DNA of 64,000 bases from an uncultured Acetobacteraceae bacterium. Its GTDB lineage: Bacteria; Pseudomonadota; Alphaproteobacteria; Acetobacterales; Acetobacteraceae. The stretch is taken from contig CAIRCM010000191.1 in the NCBI GenBank assembly GCA_903877125.1, positions 11,087 to 75,086 on the forward strand, written 5' to 3'. A program made the position numbers and the translations under genes. Each line of letters begins with the position of its first letter. Position 1 is the first letter of the stretch. Below the pieces are notes generated by a model. It was not told the origin of the DNA, did no database searches, and saw nothing but the letters and a program-made list of their open reading frames with translations. Shown here piece by piece: positions 10,845-20,780 of the stretch.

Positions 10845-11758
10845 CCGCCGCGCAATCTGGGATCGAGCACGGCGTTCATCATGTCCGCGAGCAACGTCAG
10901 GCCCACATAGATCGTCGCCAGAACCAGCACGACTGCCTGCACGACCGGGAAATCGTTCTTGCTGATCGACTCCCACGCGAGATAGCCAACCCCGTGCAGC
11001 GCGAATACCGTTTCAATAACGATCGATCCTCCCAGCATGAATCCCAATTGAACGGCGGCGACCGAAACCACTGGCATCGCCGCATTGCGCAACGCGTGTT
11101 TCAAAACGATCGAACTCGTGCTCAATCCCTTCGCCCGTGCCGTGCGGATATAGTCCGACGACAGCGCCTCGATCATACCCGAGCGTGTCAGGCGCAACAA
11201 AGCCGGGATCGCGGAGAATGCCAGCACGATCCCCGGCATGACGTAGCCGTCCCAGGTATCGACGCCGGAGATCGGCAGCCATTGCAGTTTCAACCCAAAA
11301 GTGATGATCAGCAACAGGCCCAGCCAGAAGCTCGGCATCGCCTGGCCGATCAGCGTGACCGACCCGATGGCCCGATCCAGCAATGTTCCTTCCCGCATCG
11401 CCGCGAGAATGCCGAGCGGAATGGCGGTCGCCAATGCGAAGCCAAGCCCGATCAGGCCGAGGCAGACCGTTATCGGCAACCGTTCCTTGATCAGACCCCA
11501 CACCGGCGCGCGGTAAAGATACGAACGCCCGAGGTCGCCCGACGCCGCGGCAACCGCCCAGTCCACGAACTGCGCCGGCAAGGGCCGGTCCAACCCATAG
11601 TTCTTGCGGATCGTGACCACGTCTTCCGCCGTCGCGTTTGGGCCGGCGATGGATACCGCCAGGTCCCCGGACAATCGTGTCAGCGCGAAAGCGACCACGA
11701 GGACGGTCAACATCACCATCACCGCCAGAATCGCACGACGCAGCAGAAACTTTCGCAT
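10841..11758 (-). CDS. Peptide ABC transporter permease (DppB/OppB-like)
   Basis: YIRTARAKGL, LKHALRNA and IVIETVF motifs; several TM segments. Confidence 0.92.
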   Translation of the reverse strand: MRKFLLRRAILAVMVMLTVLVVAFALTRLSGDLAVSIAGPNATAEDVVTIRKNYGLDRPLPAQFVDWAVAAASGDLGRSYLYRAPVWGLIKERLPITVCLGLIGLGFALATAIPLGILAAMREGTLLDRAIGSVTLIGQAMPSFWLGLLLIITFGLKLQWLPISGVDTWDGYVMPGIVLAFSAIPALLRLTRSGMIEALSSDYIRTARAKGLSTSSIVLKHALRNAAMPVVSVAAVQLGFMLGGSIVIETVFALHGVGYLAWESISKNDFPVVQAVVLVLATIYVGLTLLADMMNAVLDPRLRGG

Positions 11759-11890
11759 GTGCGAAGCCTAGGGGGCGGCGTGCGGGGGATGCAACCTCCA
11801 ACAGCCTTGGCGTGCACGAAATCCCGCGTTAAACCGATGTCTTCGCCGGAAGATGAACCGCAACCGGCATTGCCCAGGGAGAAACCCATC

Positions 11891-13093
11891 ATGGCGGAAG
11901 CCTATATCTGCGACTTCGCCCGTACCCCGATCGGACGCTATGCCGGCGCGCTGCGCGATGTCCGCACCGACGATCTCGCCGCCCACCCGATCAAGGCGCT
12001 GAAGGAACGGCACGCCGGCATCGATTGGGATGCGCTCGACGACTGCATCATGGGCTGTGCCAATCAGGCCGGCGAAGATAACCGCAACGTCGCCCGCATG
12101 GCCGTGCTGCTCGCCGGCCTGCCGACGACCGTCCCCGGTTCGACCATCAACCGGCTCTGCGGGTCCGGTCTGGACGCCGTGGGTTCCGCTGCCCGCGCAA
12201 TCAAGGCCGGCGATGCCCAGTTCATGCTGGCCGGAGGGGTCGAAAGCATGACCCGCGCCCCCTTCGTCATGGGCAAAGCGACCGAGGCATTCTCCCGCTC
12301 CAGCGAAATCTACGACACCACCATCGGCTGGCGTTTCGTCAACGCGCAGATGAAAAAGGTGTACGGCACCGACGCAATGCCCGAAACCGGGGAGAACGTC
12401 GCCGAGGAATTCCAGATCAGCCGCGCCGACCAGGACGCTTTCGCCTACCGCAGCCAGATGCGCAACAAGAAGGCGCAGGACTCCGGCTTCTACACGCGCG
12501 AGATCGTGCCGGTCACCATCAAGGGCCGCAAGGGTGACACCGTAGTGTCCCAGGACGAACATCCTCGCCCCGACACCACGATGGAAATGCTGGCCAAGCT
12601 GAAAACCCCGTTCCGCGATCCCGGCACGGTCACGGCGGGCCACGCCTCGGGTGTGAACGACGGCGCCGCGGCGCTGCTGATCGCCTCGGAAGAGGCAGCG
12701 AAGCGCCACGGCCTGACGCCGCGCGCGCGCATCGTCTCGATGGTCACCGCCGGCGTGCCCCCTCGCATCATGGGCATCGGCCCAGCACCCGCGGTGCAGA
12801 AGCTGCTGGCGCACATGGGTATGACCATCGGCGACATCGATATCATTGAGTTGAACGAAGCCTTCGCCAGCCAGGGTATCGCCGTGATGCGCCAACTCGG
12901 CCTGCCTGACGATGCCGAGCATGTGAACCCGCACGGTGGCGCGATCGCGCTGGGTCACCCCCTCGGCATGTCCGGTGCGAGACTCGCCATGACCGCGGTC
13001 AACGCGATGGAAACCCTCGGCACCAAACGCGCGATCGCCACGATGTGCATCGGCGTCGGTCAAGGCATCGCCGCACTGATCGAACGCGTCTAA
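11891..13093 (+). CDS. pcaF: 3-oxoadipyl-CoA thiolase (PcaF/PaaJ-type)
   Basis: MAEAYICDFARTPIGRYAGAL, NRLCGSG, ELNEAFA, GAIALGHPLG and TMCIGVGQG. Start trimmed to ATG 11891. Confidence 0.88.
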   Translation: MAEAYICDFARTPIGRYAGALRDVRTDDLAAHPIKALKERHAGIDWDALDDCIMGCANQAGEDNRNVARMAVLLAGLPTTVPGSTINRLCGSGLDAVGSAARAIKAGDAQFMLAGGVESMTRAPFVMGKATEAFSRSSEIYDTTIGWRFVNAQMKKVYGTDAMPETGENVAEEFQISRADQDAFAYRSQMRNKKAQDSGFYTREIVPVTIKGRKGDTVVSQDEHPRPDTTMEMLAKLKTPFRDPGTVTAGHASGVNDGAAALLIASEEAAKRHGLTPRARIVSMVTAGVPPRIMGIGPAPAVQKLLAHMGMTIGDIDIIELNEAFASQGIAVMRQLGLPDDAEHVNPHGGAIALGHPLGMSGARLAMTAVNAMETLGTKRAIATMCIGVGQGIAALIERV

Positions 13094-13103
13094 CCAATGC
13101 CGT

Positions 13104-13131
13104 AACGGGCGGTGGATCGCCACCGCCCGTT
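13104..13131. terminator. Perfect 12-bp hairpin between convergent genes
   Basis: AACGGGCGGTGG-ATCG-CCACCGCCCGTT between the pcaF stop and the stop of the 13137 gene. Confidence 0.6.
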
Positions 13132-13136
13132 GTCGA

Positions 13137-14666
13137 TCAGATCTCGGTCTCGGTCTCGGTCACCACCAGGATCAGGCCACCCCCGTCCGGCACGACTTCC
13201 GCGTTCAACGAGGTCTGCCGGCCGTCCGGCGACAATTGCGGAAGCGACGCGCCGGCCGGTTCAGTGCGCAGAATCGCGACCCGCTGGGCAATTTCTGCTT
13301 CCATCGCTTCGTCGTTCTCACCCTCCGCGGAGCCGATCAATCCCGCTTGGGCCTGATGGCGGAACAGTTCGTCGATCGGCAACCCAACCTTCAAGGCTTC
13401 CGCCGGTACCCCGATTTCCGCGGCAAAACGCTGGTTCCAGGCGGACAGACGCAATTCGGGGTCGAGCAGAGCCGTGCCGTCGGGTGAAACCCGCATCAGC
13501 GCGGCCACCTGCCCAGATGCGGTTCCCGAGCGGTTACGCAGACCGGCAACTTCGTTTTGGGCCGATTCGAGGTCCGATTGCATGCGGACAAAATTGCGCT
13601 GCCGCCGGCGGTTGGAACGCAGGTTGAAGATTTCCCACAGAATCAATCCTGCGATCGTGATGACGACAACGCTGGCGCCGAACGCGTCCCACCACATACC
13701 CGATGCAATGGTGTCGGCAGCCGACAGCGCTTCGCTGCGGGCAATACCGACGGTGACGATCATGTCCCGGTCAGGCACCCGGGCGAAACCCAAGACCCGG
13801 ACCACATTGTCCATGGCTGTGGGCCCGGTCCAGGCGCCCGACGGCCGGGTTTTGAATGCATTCAGCATTTCGGTGTCGAGCAACTGCGTCTGCGGATGAC
13901 GCGCGGCCGGTCCGGCGACGGCCTGAAGCGTTCCACGCTCCGAATCGACCAACGCCACCACGCCGTTGATGCCGATCGAAACACTCTCGTAGAATTTGAT
14001 CAGGTCCTGGGTCCGGTACGAAGCGCCAATCAGCCAACTGGTTGGCTGTTTGAGCGGCCGGACGATGTACATAAGGTAACGCCGAGCCTCCACCGCGCCG
14101 CCGGACTCCGCGATGAGCAGGTGCCCGGCCCGGGTCGTCTGCCCCTCTCGTGCGATGGTTTCCAGCGTGTCGTGCGGGAATGTCAGATAGATGCCGCCGA
14201 TCCCCTGGCCGATGGCCGCGGGATTGATGTCCTGCCGAACGACCCGTTTTTCGTCGCCGATGAATATATCGTCCGACAGCTTGGTCAGCGACGGCATCTG
14301 CTTCTGCCAATCCAGGAGATTGAAATGCTCCTGATCTCGGGCCCAGGCCTCTTGTAAAATCGCGATGGACTGATCGACGACCGCGAGCTCCTGATGGATT
14401 TCCTGCGCCAGGGTCAATGCCTGGGCGGTGACCATGCGTTCGGCCCGTTCCCGCACATCGGCAGTCTGGTCATTGATGATTTTTGTCGAAACAATCCAGA
14501 TCAGCGCGACCAGTACAACCGCCACCAGCGTCACGCCGATGCAAGCTGAGATTTCCGCCACGCCGACACGGCCGCGACGGCGTGGCTGACTGACGACGAG
14601 CTCGGGTTGTCTGGAGCGCTGGGATGACGACCCGGAACGCCGGCGCCGACTTTTGCTGCCGCTCAT
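13137..14666 (-). CDS. Membrane sensor-like protein: TM, Cache-like periplasmic domain, TM, coiled coil, PAS-like domain; no output domain
   Basis: TM ACIGVTLVAVVLVALIWIV, second TM FGASVVVITIAGLILWEIF, and C-terminal PAS-like DGTALLDPELRLSAWNQRF...PDGGGLILVVTE. Start trimmed to MSGSKS. Confidence 0.7.
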   Translation of the reverse strand: MSGSKSRRRRSGSSSQRSRQPELVVSQPRRRGRVGVAEISACIGVTLVAVVLVALIWIVSTKIINDQTADVRERAERMVTAQALTLAQEIHQELAVVDQSIAILQEAWARDQEHFNLLDWQKQMPSLTKLSDDIFIGDEKRVVRQDINPAAIGQGIGGIYLTFPHDTLETIAREGQTTRAGHLLIAESGGAVEARRYLMYIVRPLKQPTSWLIGASYRTQDLIKFYESVSIGINGVVALVDSERGTLQAVAGPAARHPQTQLLDTEMLNAFKTRPSGAWTGPTAMDNVVRVLGFARVPDRDMIVTVGIARSEALSAADTIASGMWWDAFGASVVVITIAGLILWEIFNLRSNRRRQRNFVRMQSDLESAQNEVAGLRNRSGTASGQVAALMRVSPDGTALLDPELRLSAWNQRFAAEIGVPAEALKVGLPIDELFRHQAQAGLIGSAEGENDEAMEAEIAQRVAILRTEPAGASLPQLSPDGRQTSLNAEVVPDGGGLILVVTETETEI

Positions 14667-14816
14667 GCCGAATGCCTCTCCCAACGGGCGTCACGTGGTT
14701 CCATCGGGACAATACTGCGCATCGTGCCGGCTCTCTTCGTTGTCGGGGCCAAGGAGTTGACCGCTTCGCAATGTAGCCAAGCCGAACCATGCCGGCAAAT
14801 GATGGTCGTACAGCCC

Positions 14817-14842
14817 TTGACACTTGTGGTATACATTATACT
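14817..14842 (+). promoter_or_regulatory. Promoter region with GntR-type operator-like palindrome
   Basis: TTGACA at 14817; GTATA-CAT-TATAC palindrome at 14829-14841 (includes TGGTATACAT), about 30 bp upstream of gntR. Spacing to TATACT is only 14 nt. Confidence 0.45.
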
Positions 14843-14871
14843 GAATGCCGGCAACGACCCGGAGGAAGCGC

Positions 14872-15606
14872 GTGTCCGAAGCGGACCAGCAGCCCAGACT
14901 GAAGATCGAACCGCTAGGCATCAGCCTCGGTCTGCGCCAGCAGGCCTGCGAGGCAATCAAACGCGCCATCATGGCAATGGACATCTACGGCCACCCCGAA
15001 GAAATCCGCCTCGACGAACGTCAGCTCTCCCAGGACCTTGGCGTCAGCCGCACCCCCATCCGCGAAGCCCTGTCAGTGCTGGAGCAGGAAGGCTTCGTCC
15101 GTTCCATTCCCCGTCGCGGCATCCATGTCGTGCGCAAATCCAAGCACGAAGTCGTGGAAATGATCACCGTCTGGGCCGCCATCGAAAGCATGGCCGCCCG
15201 TCTCGCCGCGACCCGAGCGACCAACGACGAACTGGCCGAACTGCGGCGCCTGATGGAGGCCTTCCAGGACGACCCCACTGGGCACATCAGCGAATACTCC
15301 GACGCCAACATGGCCTTTCACCGCGCCATCATCCGGCTCGGCGGTGTCGGCCTGATGACCGGCCTGACCGACAATCTCTTCATCCATATGCGTGCCGTTC
15401 GCGCCGTCACCATGACCCAGGATAATCGCGCACAGCGCTCCGTCGCCGACCATCGGGCGATCGTCGCTGCCCTCTTGGCACGCGACGCCGATCTCGCGGA
15501 ACGGCTGGTGCGCGAACACACCATGGGCCTCGCTGCCCATGTCGAACGTCACGGCGATTTCCTTGACACCCCCGATGTCCAGCGCCGGCAATCTCAATTC
15601 GCCTAA
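14872..15606 (+). CDS. GntR-family (FadR/FCD) transcriptional regulator
   Basis: HTH RLDERQLSQDLGVSRTPIREAL followed by an FCD domain. GTG start with GGAGGA RBS. Confidence 0.92.
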   Translation: MSEADQQPRLKIEPLGISLGLRQQACEAIKRAIMAMDIYGHPEEIRLDERQLSQDLGVSRTPIREALSVLEQEGFVRSIPRRGIHVVRKSKHEVVEMITVWAAIESMAARLAATRATNDELAELRRLMEAFQDDPTGHISEYSDANMAFHRAIIRLGGVGLMTGLTDNLFIHMRAVRAVTMTQDNRAQRSVADHRAIVAALLARDADLAERLVREHTMGLAAHVERHGDFLDTPDVQRRQSQFA

Positions 15607-15618
15607 GGGAGCAAAACC

Positions 15619-17340
15619 ATGTCCGCCGAGACCGAAACAGAACTGACCGACGGGTTCCATCTCGTCATCGATGCCCTCAAGCTGAACGGCATCAAGAACA
15701 TCTACGGTGTTCCAGGCATCCCCATCACCGACCTCGGCCGTCTCGCGCAGGCCGAGGGTATGCGCGTCATTTCCTTCCGGCACGAACAGAACGCCGGCAA
15801 CGCCGCCGCGATCGCCGGGTACCTGACCAAGACCCCCGGTATCTGTCTGACGGTCTCCGCGCCCGGCTTCCTCAATGGCCTCGTCGCCCTCGCCAATGCC
15901 ACGACCAACTGCTTTCCGATGATCCTGATCAGCGGCTCCTCGGAGCGGGAAATCGTCGACCTGCAACAGGGCGACTATGAGGAAATGGACCAGCTCGCCA
16001 TCGCCAAGCCGCTGTGCAAAGCAGCCTTTCGCGTGCTGCACGCCGCCGACATCGGCATCGGCGTGGCCCGGGCCATCCGCGCCGCCGTCTCCGGCCGCCC
16101 CGGAGGGGTCTATCTGGATCTGCCCGGCAAGCTCTTCGGTCAGGTGATGGATGCCAAGGCCGGCCAACGCTCTTTGGTGAAGGTCATCGATCCCGCCCCG
16201 GCGCAGATCCCGGCCCCCTCGGCGATCGAGCGTGCCCTCGGTGTGCTGCGCGGCGCCAAGAAGCCACTCATTATCCTCGGAAAAGGCGCCGCCTACGCGC
16301 AGGCCGATGACGCGATCCGCGACCTCGTCGAGAAAAGCGGCATCCCCTACATCCCCATGAGCATGGCCAAGGGCCTGCTGCCCGATACCCACCCGCAATG
16401 CGCCGCCGCCGCCCGTTCGACCGTGCTGAAGGAAAGCGACGTCGTCATGCTGATCGGCGCCCGCCTCAACTGGCTGCTGAGCCATGGTAAGGGCAAATCC
16501 TGGGGCGCGCCGGGTACCCAGAAGTTCATTCATATCGATATCGAACCGCGCGAGATGGACAGCAACGTCGAAATCGCCGCCCCGGTCGTCGGCGACATCG
16601 GATCCTGCGTGGCGGCGCTGTTGGGTGCGATGGGCAACGATTGGCCGCATCCGCCGTCCGAGTGGACCAAGGCGATCAACGAGAAAAAGGAATCCAACAT
16701 TGCCCGCATGGCCTCGCGCCTGGGCAAGAATTCCAGCCCGATGGACTACCATTCGGCCCTGCGCGTCCTGCGCGACGTCATCAAGGAACGCCCGGACACC
16801 ATCCTGGTGAACGAAGGTGCCAACACCCTCGATCAGGCACGCGGCGTGATCGACGTTTATCAGCCGCGCAAGCGCCTGGACGTCGGCACCTGGGGGGTGA
16901 TGGGCATCGGCATGGGCTTCGCCGTCGCCGCCGCCATCGAAACCGGCAAGCCGGTGCTCGCCATCGAAGGTGACAGCGCCTTCGGCTTCTCCGGCATGGA
17001 GGTCGAAACGATCTGCCGCTACAACCTGCCGGTCTGCATCGTCGTCTTCAACAACGACGGCATCTATCGCGGCGACGGCGTTAACCCCACCGGCGGCGCC
17101 GATCCCGCCCCAACCATGTTCGTCCCAGGCTCCCGCTACGACAAAATGATCGAAAGCTTCGGCGGTGTCGGCGTCAACGCCACAACCCCCGACGAGCTGA
17201 AATCCGCCGTCGATGCCGCGATCGCCTCGGGCAAGCCAACCCTGATCAACGCCGTGATCGACCCCGCCGCGGGCAGCGAGAGCGGCAATATCGGCAACCT
17301 CAATCCCAAAAGCGCCCTCACGAAAAAGCCAGGAGCATAA
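15619..17340 (+). CDS. oxc: Oxalyl-CoA decarboxylase
   Basis: [41 protein letters not shown] motif [10 protein letters not shown] and [12 protein letters not shown]. Confidence 0.96.
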   Translation: MSAETETELTDGFHLVIDALKLNGIKNIYGVPGIPITDLGRLAQAEGMRVISFRHEQNAGNAAAIAGYLTKTPGICLTVSAPGFLNGLVALANATTNCFPMILISGSSEREIVDLQQGDYEEMDQLAIAKPLCKAAFRVLHAADIGIGVARAIRAAVSGRPGGVYLDLPGKLFGQVMDAKAGQRSLVKVIDPAPAQIPAPSAIERALGVLRGAKKPLIILGKGAAYAQADDAIRDLVEKSGIPYIPMSMAKGLLPDTHPQCAAAARSTVLKESDVVMLIGARLNWLLSHGKGKSWGAPGTQKFIHIDIEPREMDSNVEIAAPVVGDIGSCVAALLGAMGNDWPHPPSEWTKAINEKKESNIARMASRLGKNSSPMDYHSALRVLRDVIKERPDTILVNEGANTLDQARGVIDVYQPRKRLDVGTWGVMGIGMGFAVAAAIETGKPVLAIEGDSAFGFSGMEVETICRYNLPVCIVVFNNDGIYRGDGVNPTGGADPAPTMFVPGSRYDKMIESFGGVGVNATTPDELKSAVDAAIASGKPTLINAVIDPAAGSESGNIGNLNPKSALTKKPGA

Positions 17341-17343
17341 ACC

Positions 17344-18603
17344 ATGAGTAAAGCACTCGACGGAGTCAAAATACTCGACTTCACCCATGTCCAGTCCGGC
17401 CCGACCTGCACCCAGCTTCTGGCGTGGTTCGGCGCCGACGTGATCAAGGTGGAACGTCCCGGCGTGGGCGATATCACACGCGGTCAGCTCCAGGACATCA
17501 AAGGCGTGGACAGCCTTTATTTCACCATGCTGAACCACAACAAGCGCTCCATCACCATCGATGGCCGGGACAAGAACGGCAAGATGGTGCTGGAGGAGCT
17601 GGTCAAGACCTGCGACGTGATGGTGGAGAACTTCGCCCCCGGCGCCCTCGATCGCATGGGCTTCACCTGGGAACGGATCCAGCAGCTCAACCCCCGCATG
17701 ATCCTGGCCTCGATCAAGGGCTTCGGCCCAGGTCCCTATGAGGATTGCAAGGTCTACGAGAACGTCGCGCAATGCGCCGGCGGCGCGGCCTCCACGACCG
17801 GCTTCGACGACGGACCGCCGGTGGTGACCGGCGCCCAGATTGGCGACTCCGGCACTGGCCTGCACCTCGCGCTTGGCATCGTGACCGCCCTGTTCCAGCG
17901 CAACACCACCGGCCGCGGGCAAAAAGTCGACGTCGCCATGCAGGACGGGGTGTTGAACCTCTGCCGCGTCAAGCTGCGCGACCAGCAGCGCCTCGCGCAC
18001 GGTCCCCTGACCGAATACCCCCAATACCCCGACACCCCGTTCGGCGACACCGTGCCCCGTTCCGGTAACGCCTCCGGCGGCGGCCAGCCCGGCTGGATTC
18101 TGAAGTGCAAGGGCTGGGAGACCGATCCCAACGCCTACATCTACTTCATCGCCCAGGCCCCGGTGTGGGAGTCGATCTGCGACGTGATCGGCAAGCCGGA
18201 ATGGAAAACCGACCCGAACTACGCCAAGCCCCCGGCCCGACTGCCGCGCCTGAAGGAAATCTGGGACACGATCGAAGCCTGGACCATGACGGTGACGAAG
18301 TTCGAGGCGATGGACATCCTCAACAAGTACGACATCCCCTGCGGCCCCATCCTGTCGATGAAGGAAATCGCCGAGGAACAGTCCCTCCGCGCCACCGGCA
18401 CCGTCGTCGAGGTCGATCACCCCACCCGCGGCAAATACCTGTCCGTCGGCAACCCGATCAAACTGTCCGACAGCATTTCCGAGGTAAAACGCTCCCCCCT
18501 TCTGGGCGAGCACACGGCCGAAATCCTCAGCGACGTGCTGGGTTTCGATGCCGCGAAAGTCGCCGAACTGGTCGCTTCGCCGGGTCTCGGCGGCGCGAAA
18601 TAA
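17344..18603 (+). CDS. frc: Formyl-CoA:oxalate CoA-transferase
   Basis: [45 protein letters not shown] and [10 protein letters not shown]; directly follows oxc. Confidence 0.96.
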   Translation: MSKALDGVKILDFTHVQSGPTCTQLLAWFGADVIKVERPGVGDITRGQLQDIKGVDSLYFTMLNHNKRSITIDGRDKNGKMVLEELVKTCDVMVENFAPGALDRMGFTWERIQQLNPRMILASIKGFGPGPYEDCKVYENVAQCAGGAASTTGFDDGPPVVTGAQIGDSGTGLHLALGIVTALFQRNTTGRGQKVDVAMQDGVLNLCRVKLRDQQRLAHGPLTEYPQYPDTPFGDTVPRSGNASGGGQPGWILKCKGWETDPNAYIYFIAQAPVWESICDVIGKPEWKTDPNYAKPPARLPRLKEIWDTIEAWTMTVTKFEAMDILNKYDIPCGPILSMKEIAEEQSLRATGTVVEVDHPTRGKYLSVGNPIKLSDSISEVKRSPLLGEHTAEILSDVLGFDAAKVAELVASPGLGGAK

Positions 18604-18617
18604 CGGTCTGGCGTCTC

Positions 18618-18654
18618 GGGTGATCCGCCTCAGCGTTGAGCAGGCGGATCACCC
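18618..18654 (+). terminator. 13-bp stem hairpin after frc
   Basis: GGGTGATCCGCCT-N11-AGGCGGATCACCC; no U-tract. Confidence 0.5.
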
Positions 18655-18729
18655 ATACCGCCCCCGCGTGAATCTCGGCTTGCGCACCGGCCAAACCGAA
18701 CCTATACGACGCCCCTGCCGTTCGACGGC

Positions 18730-18782
<53 letters not shown>

Positions 18783-18804
<22 letters not shown>

Positions 18805-19328
18805 CCCCCATCGGGATAACGAATCGCCAGCACCTCCATCGTCTCGACGCCACGCGGTGTATGCACCGCCACCTCGTCCCCAACCCGAGCCTTCGCCTTG
18901 ATCAGCGCGATCGCGATGGGGGAGGTCAGACTGACTTTCCCCTGCGCCATATCAGCCTCGTCCACGCCGACGATGGTCACGGTCCGCTCGACATCGGATT
19001 CGTCCACATAGGTCACTGTCGCCCCGAAAAACACCTGGTTCCGCTGGGTCTGCCGGGCGGGATCGACGACCTCGGCGTTTTCCAAACGCTTGCCCAGAAA
19101 CCGCGTCCGGCGGTCGATTTCCCGCAGCCGCCGCTTGCCATACTGGTAGTCGGCGTTTTCGCTGCGGTCGCCATTGGACGCGGCCCAGGAAACGGTCTCG
19201 ACCACACGCGGCCGTTCCACCCGAAGCAGGTGCTCGCGCTCCGCCTTCAATCGTGCATGTCCCTCCGGGGTCATGTAGAATTTTCCTCCCAGCGCCAGCC
19301 GAGGGGCATCGTCGTCTTCGTCATCCAT
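18783..19328 (-). CDS. greB: Transcription elongation factor GreB
   Basis: YMTPEGHARL, VSWAASNGDRSENADYQYGKRRLREIDRR and VFFGATV. Start trimmed to MDDEDDD. Confidence 0.93.
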
Positions 19329-19339
19329 CGCGGAGTCCC

Positions 19340-19816
19340 ATGGTTCGTGCGGTCGGTATTCTAACCTGTCTGCTGTTGGCCCTCGGTATCCGGCCTGCGG
19401 CGGCGCAACTGCCGCTGCCATTCTCCCCCTCCTGTGTGACGTCTGCCTTCGGTGTGCGCAATGCAACCGAACCCCGCGCGTCCCACTTCCATACCGGCAT
19501 CGACCTGCGCGCGGCGGCCGGGACATGGGTGCATGCCGTGGTTTCCGGCACCGTGGTTTCCATCGAACGGCAGGGCGCCGGAGGTCTGGTCGTCGAAATC
19601 CGCCACTCGCCCGATTTGTCCACGCGATACGAACACCTCGGCACCGTCTCGCCGGCGCTGCAAACGGGCAAACGCCAGGTCGCGCAGGGCGACATTCTGG
19701 GCCGGGTCGGGCGCACCGGCATCACCTACGGTCCGCATTTGCATTTCGAGCTATGGCTATACGGCAAAGTCGTCGACCCCGCGCCCGTGCTTGGCGTGCA
19801 GCGCTGCCCACCGTGA
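19340..19816 (+). CDS. Secreted M23-family metallopeptidase (catalytic domain only)
   Basis: Signal peptide, HTGIDL (HxxxD) and TYGPHLHFE (HxH). Confidence 0.85.
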   Translation: MVRAVGILTCLLLALGIRPAAAQLPLPFSPSCVTSAFGVRNATEPRASHFHTGIDLRAAAGTWVHAVVSGTVVSIERQGAGGLVVEIRHSPDLSTRYEHLGTVSPALQTGKRQVAQGDILGRVGRTGITYGPHLHFELWLYGKVVDPAPVLGVQRCPP

Positions 19817-19893
19817 TCCCGGCGCTCACCCGTATTGCCTTGCCCACGGGCCCTGCGCCATGCTCCCCGCTGCGAAAACGGTAAGGGGCGGGG

Positions 19894-20712
19894 ATGCGCG
19901 TACGTTCGGTGTTGATGGGCTTGGCCCTGCTGGTTTTCGCCGCGTTCAGCGGGGGCGCCGGGGCGCAGAGCGTGCCCGAAGTGAAGGGGCTGGCCAATCC
20001 CGCCGCCGAGACCTTCATGTATGTCGGCAACAGCTTTTTCTATTACAATAACGGCTTGCCGGCGTTCGTCTCCAAACTAACCGCGGGAGCGCCAGAGGCG
20101 GAGCGACGCCGCTATGGCGCCACGATGGTGACAATTGGAGGTTCCGGCTTCGACTGGCACGATATGGAGTCGTATCTCCGTCCGCACGCGATCGGTTACT
20201 ACAACTTCGACGAACACAACAACATCGTCTTCAACACGCGCAAGAAATACTACGATGCCGTCATCATGATGGATTGCAGCCAGTGCCCGATCCATCCGCG
20301 GTTGAAGCCGATCTTTATGACATACGCCAGGAAGAACGCCACGATCGCCCGCAGGCACGGCGTGGAGCCGATCCTGTTCATGTCCTGGGCCTATCAGGAC
20401 CATCCGGAAATGACCGCCCAGCTGGCCGAGGCATATACCCAGGCGGGCAATGCCAACCATGAACTGGTGATCCCGGCCGGGCTGGCGTTCGCCAAGGTGT
20501 TCAAGGACCGTCCCGACCTGAACCTCTACCAGCCGGACAAACGGCACCCAACGCTGATCGGCAGCTATCTGGCTGCCAGCACGATCTACGCCTCGCTCTA
20601 CCATCGCTCCGCCGAGATCAATGCCTACACCGCGGGCCTGGATCCCGACGTCGCCCGATATCTGCGAACAACCGCTTGGGACGTCGCCAAAGCGTACTAC
20701 GGTTGGCAGTAG
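19894..20712 (+). CDS. Secreted SGNH/GDSL-like hydrolase-fold protein
   Basis: Signal peptide, block I-like YVGNSF, IPAG and C-terminal DKRHP (DxxH). Confidence 0.65.
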   Translation: MRVRSVLMGLALLVFAAFSGGAGAQSVPEVKGLANPAAETFMYVGNSFFYYNNGLPAFVSKLTAGAPEAERRRYGATMVTIGGSGFDWHDMESYLRPHAIGYYNFDEHNNIVFNTRKKYYDAVIMMDCSQCPIHPRLKPIFMTYARKNATIARRHGVEPILFMSWAYQDHPEMTAQLAEAYTQAGNANHELVIPAGLAFAKVFKDRPDLNLYQPDKRHPTLIGSYLAASTIYASLYHRSAEINAYTAGLDPDVARYLRTTAWDVAKAYYGWQ

Positions 20713-20780
20713 CGATGCCTCAGGAAAAATGGGGGGCTCGCCCCTCCGGCCCGGTCCAGGGCCGCGCTATGGACGGGCGG

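Noticed and set aside
10757-11890. 778-aa extended thiolase (N-terminal fusion)
   Set aside because: The extension is the antisense frame of the dppB permease. The thiolase homology begins at MAEAYICD (11891), which has its own RBS (GGGAGA).
15073-18513. 1146-aa minus-strand ORF, and similar long antisense ORFs (32950-35046, 45076-46842, 50644-52059, 76-1155)
   Set aside because: Shadow frames opposite well-conserved genes (oxc/frc, pheST, tatBC, porin, mnmG). They are expected in high-GC DNA with biased codon usage and have no recognisable motifs.
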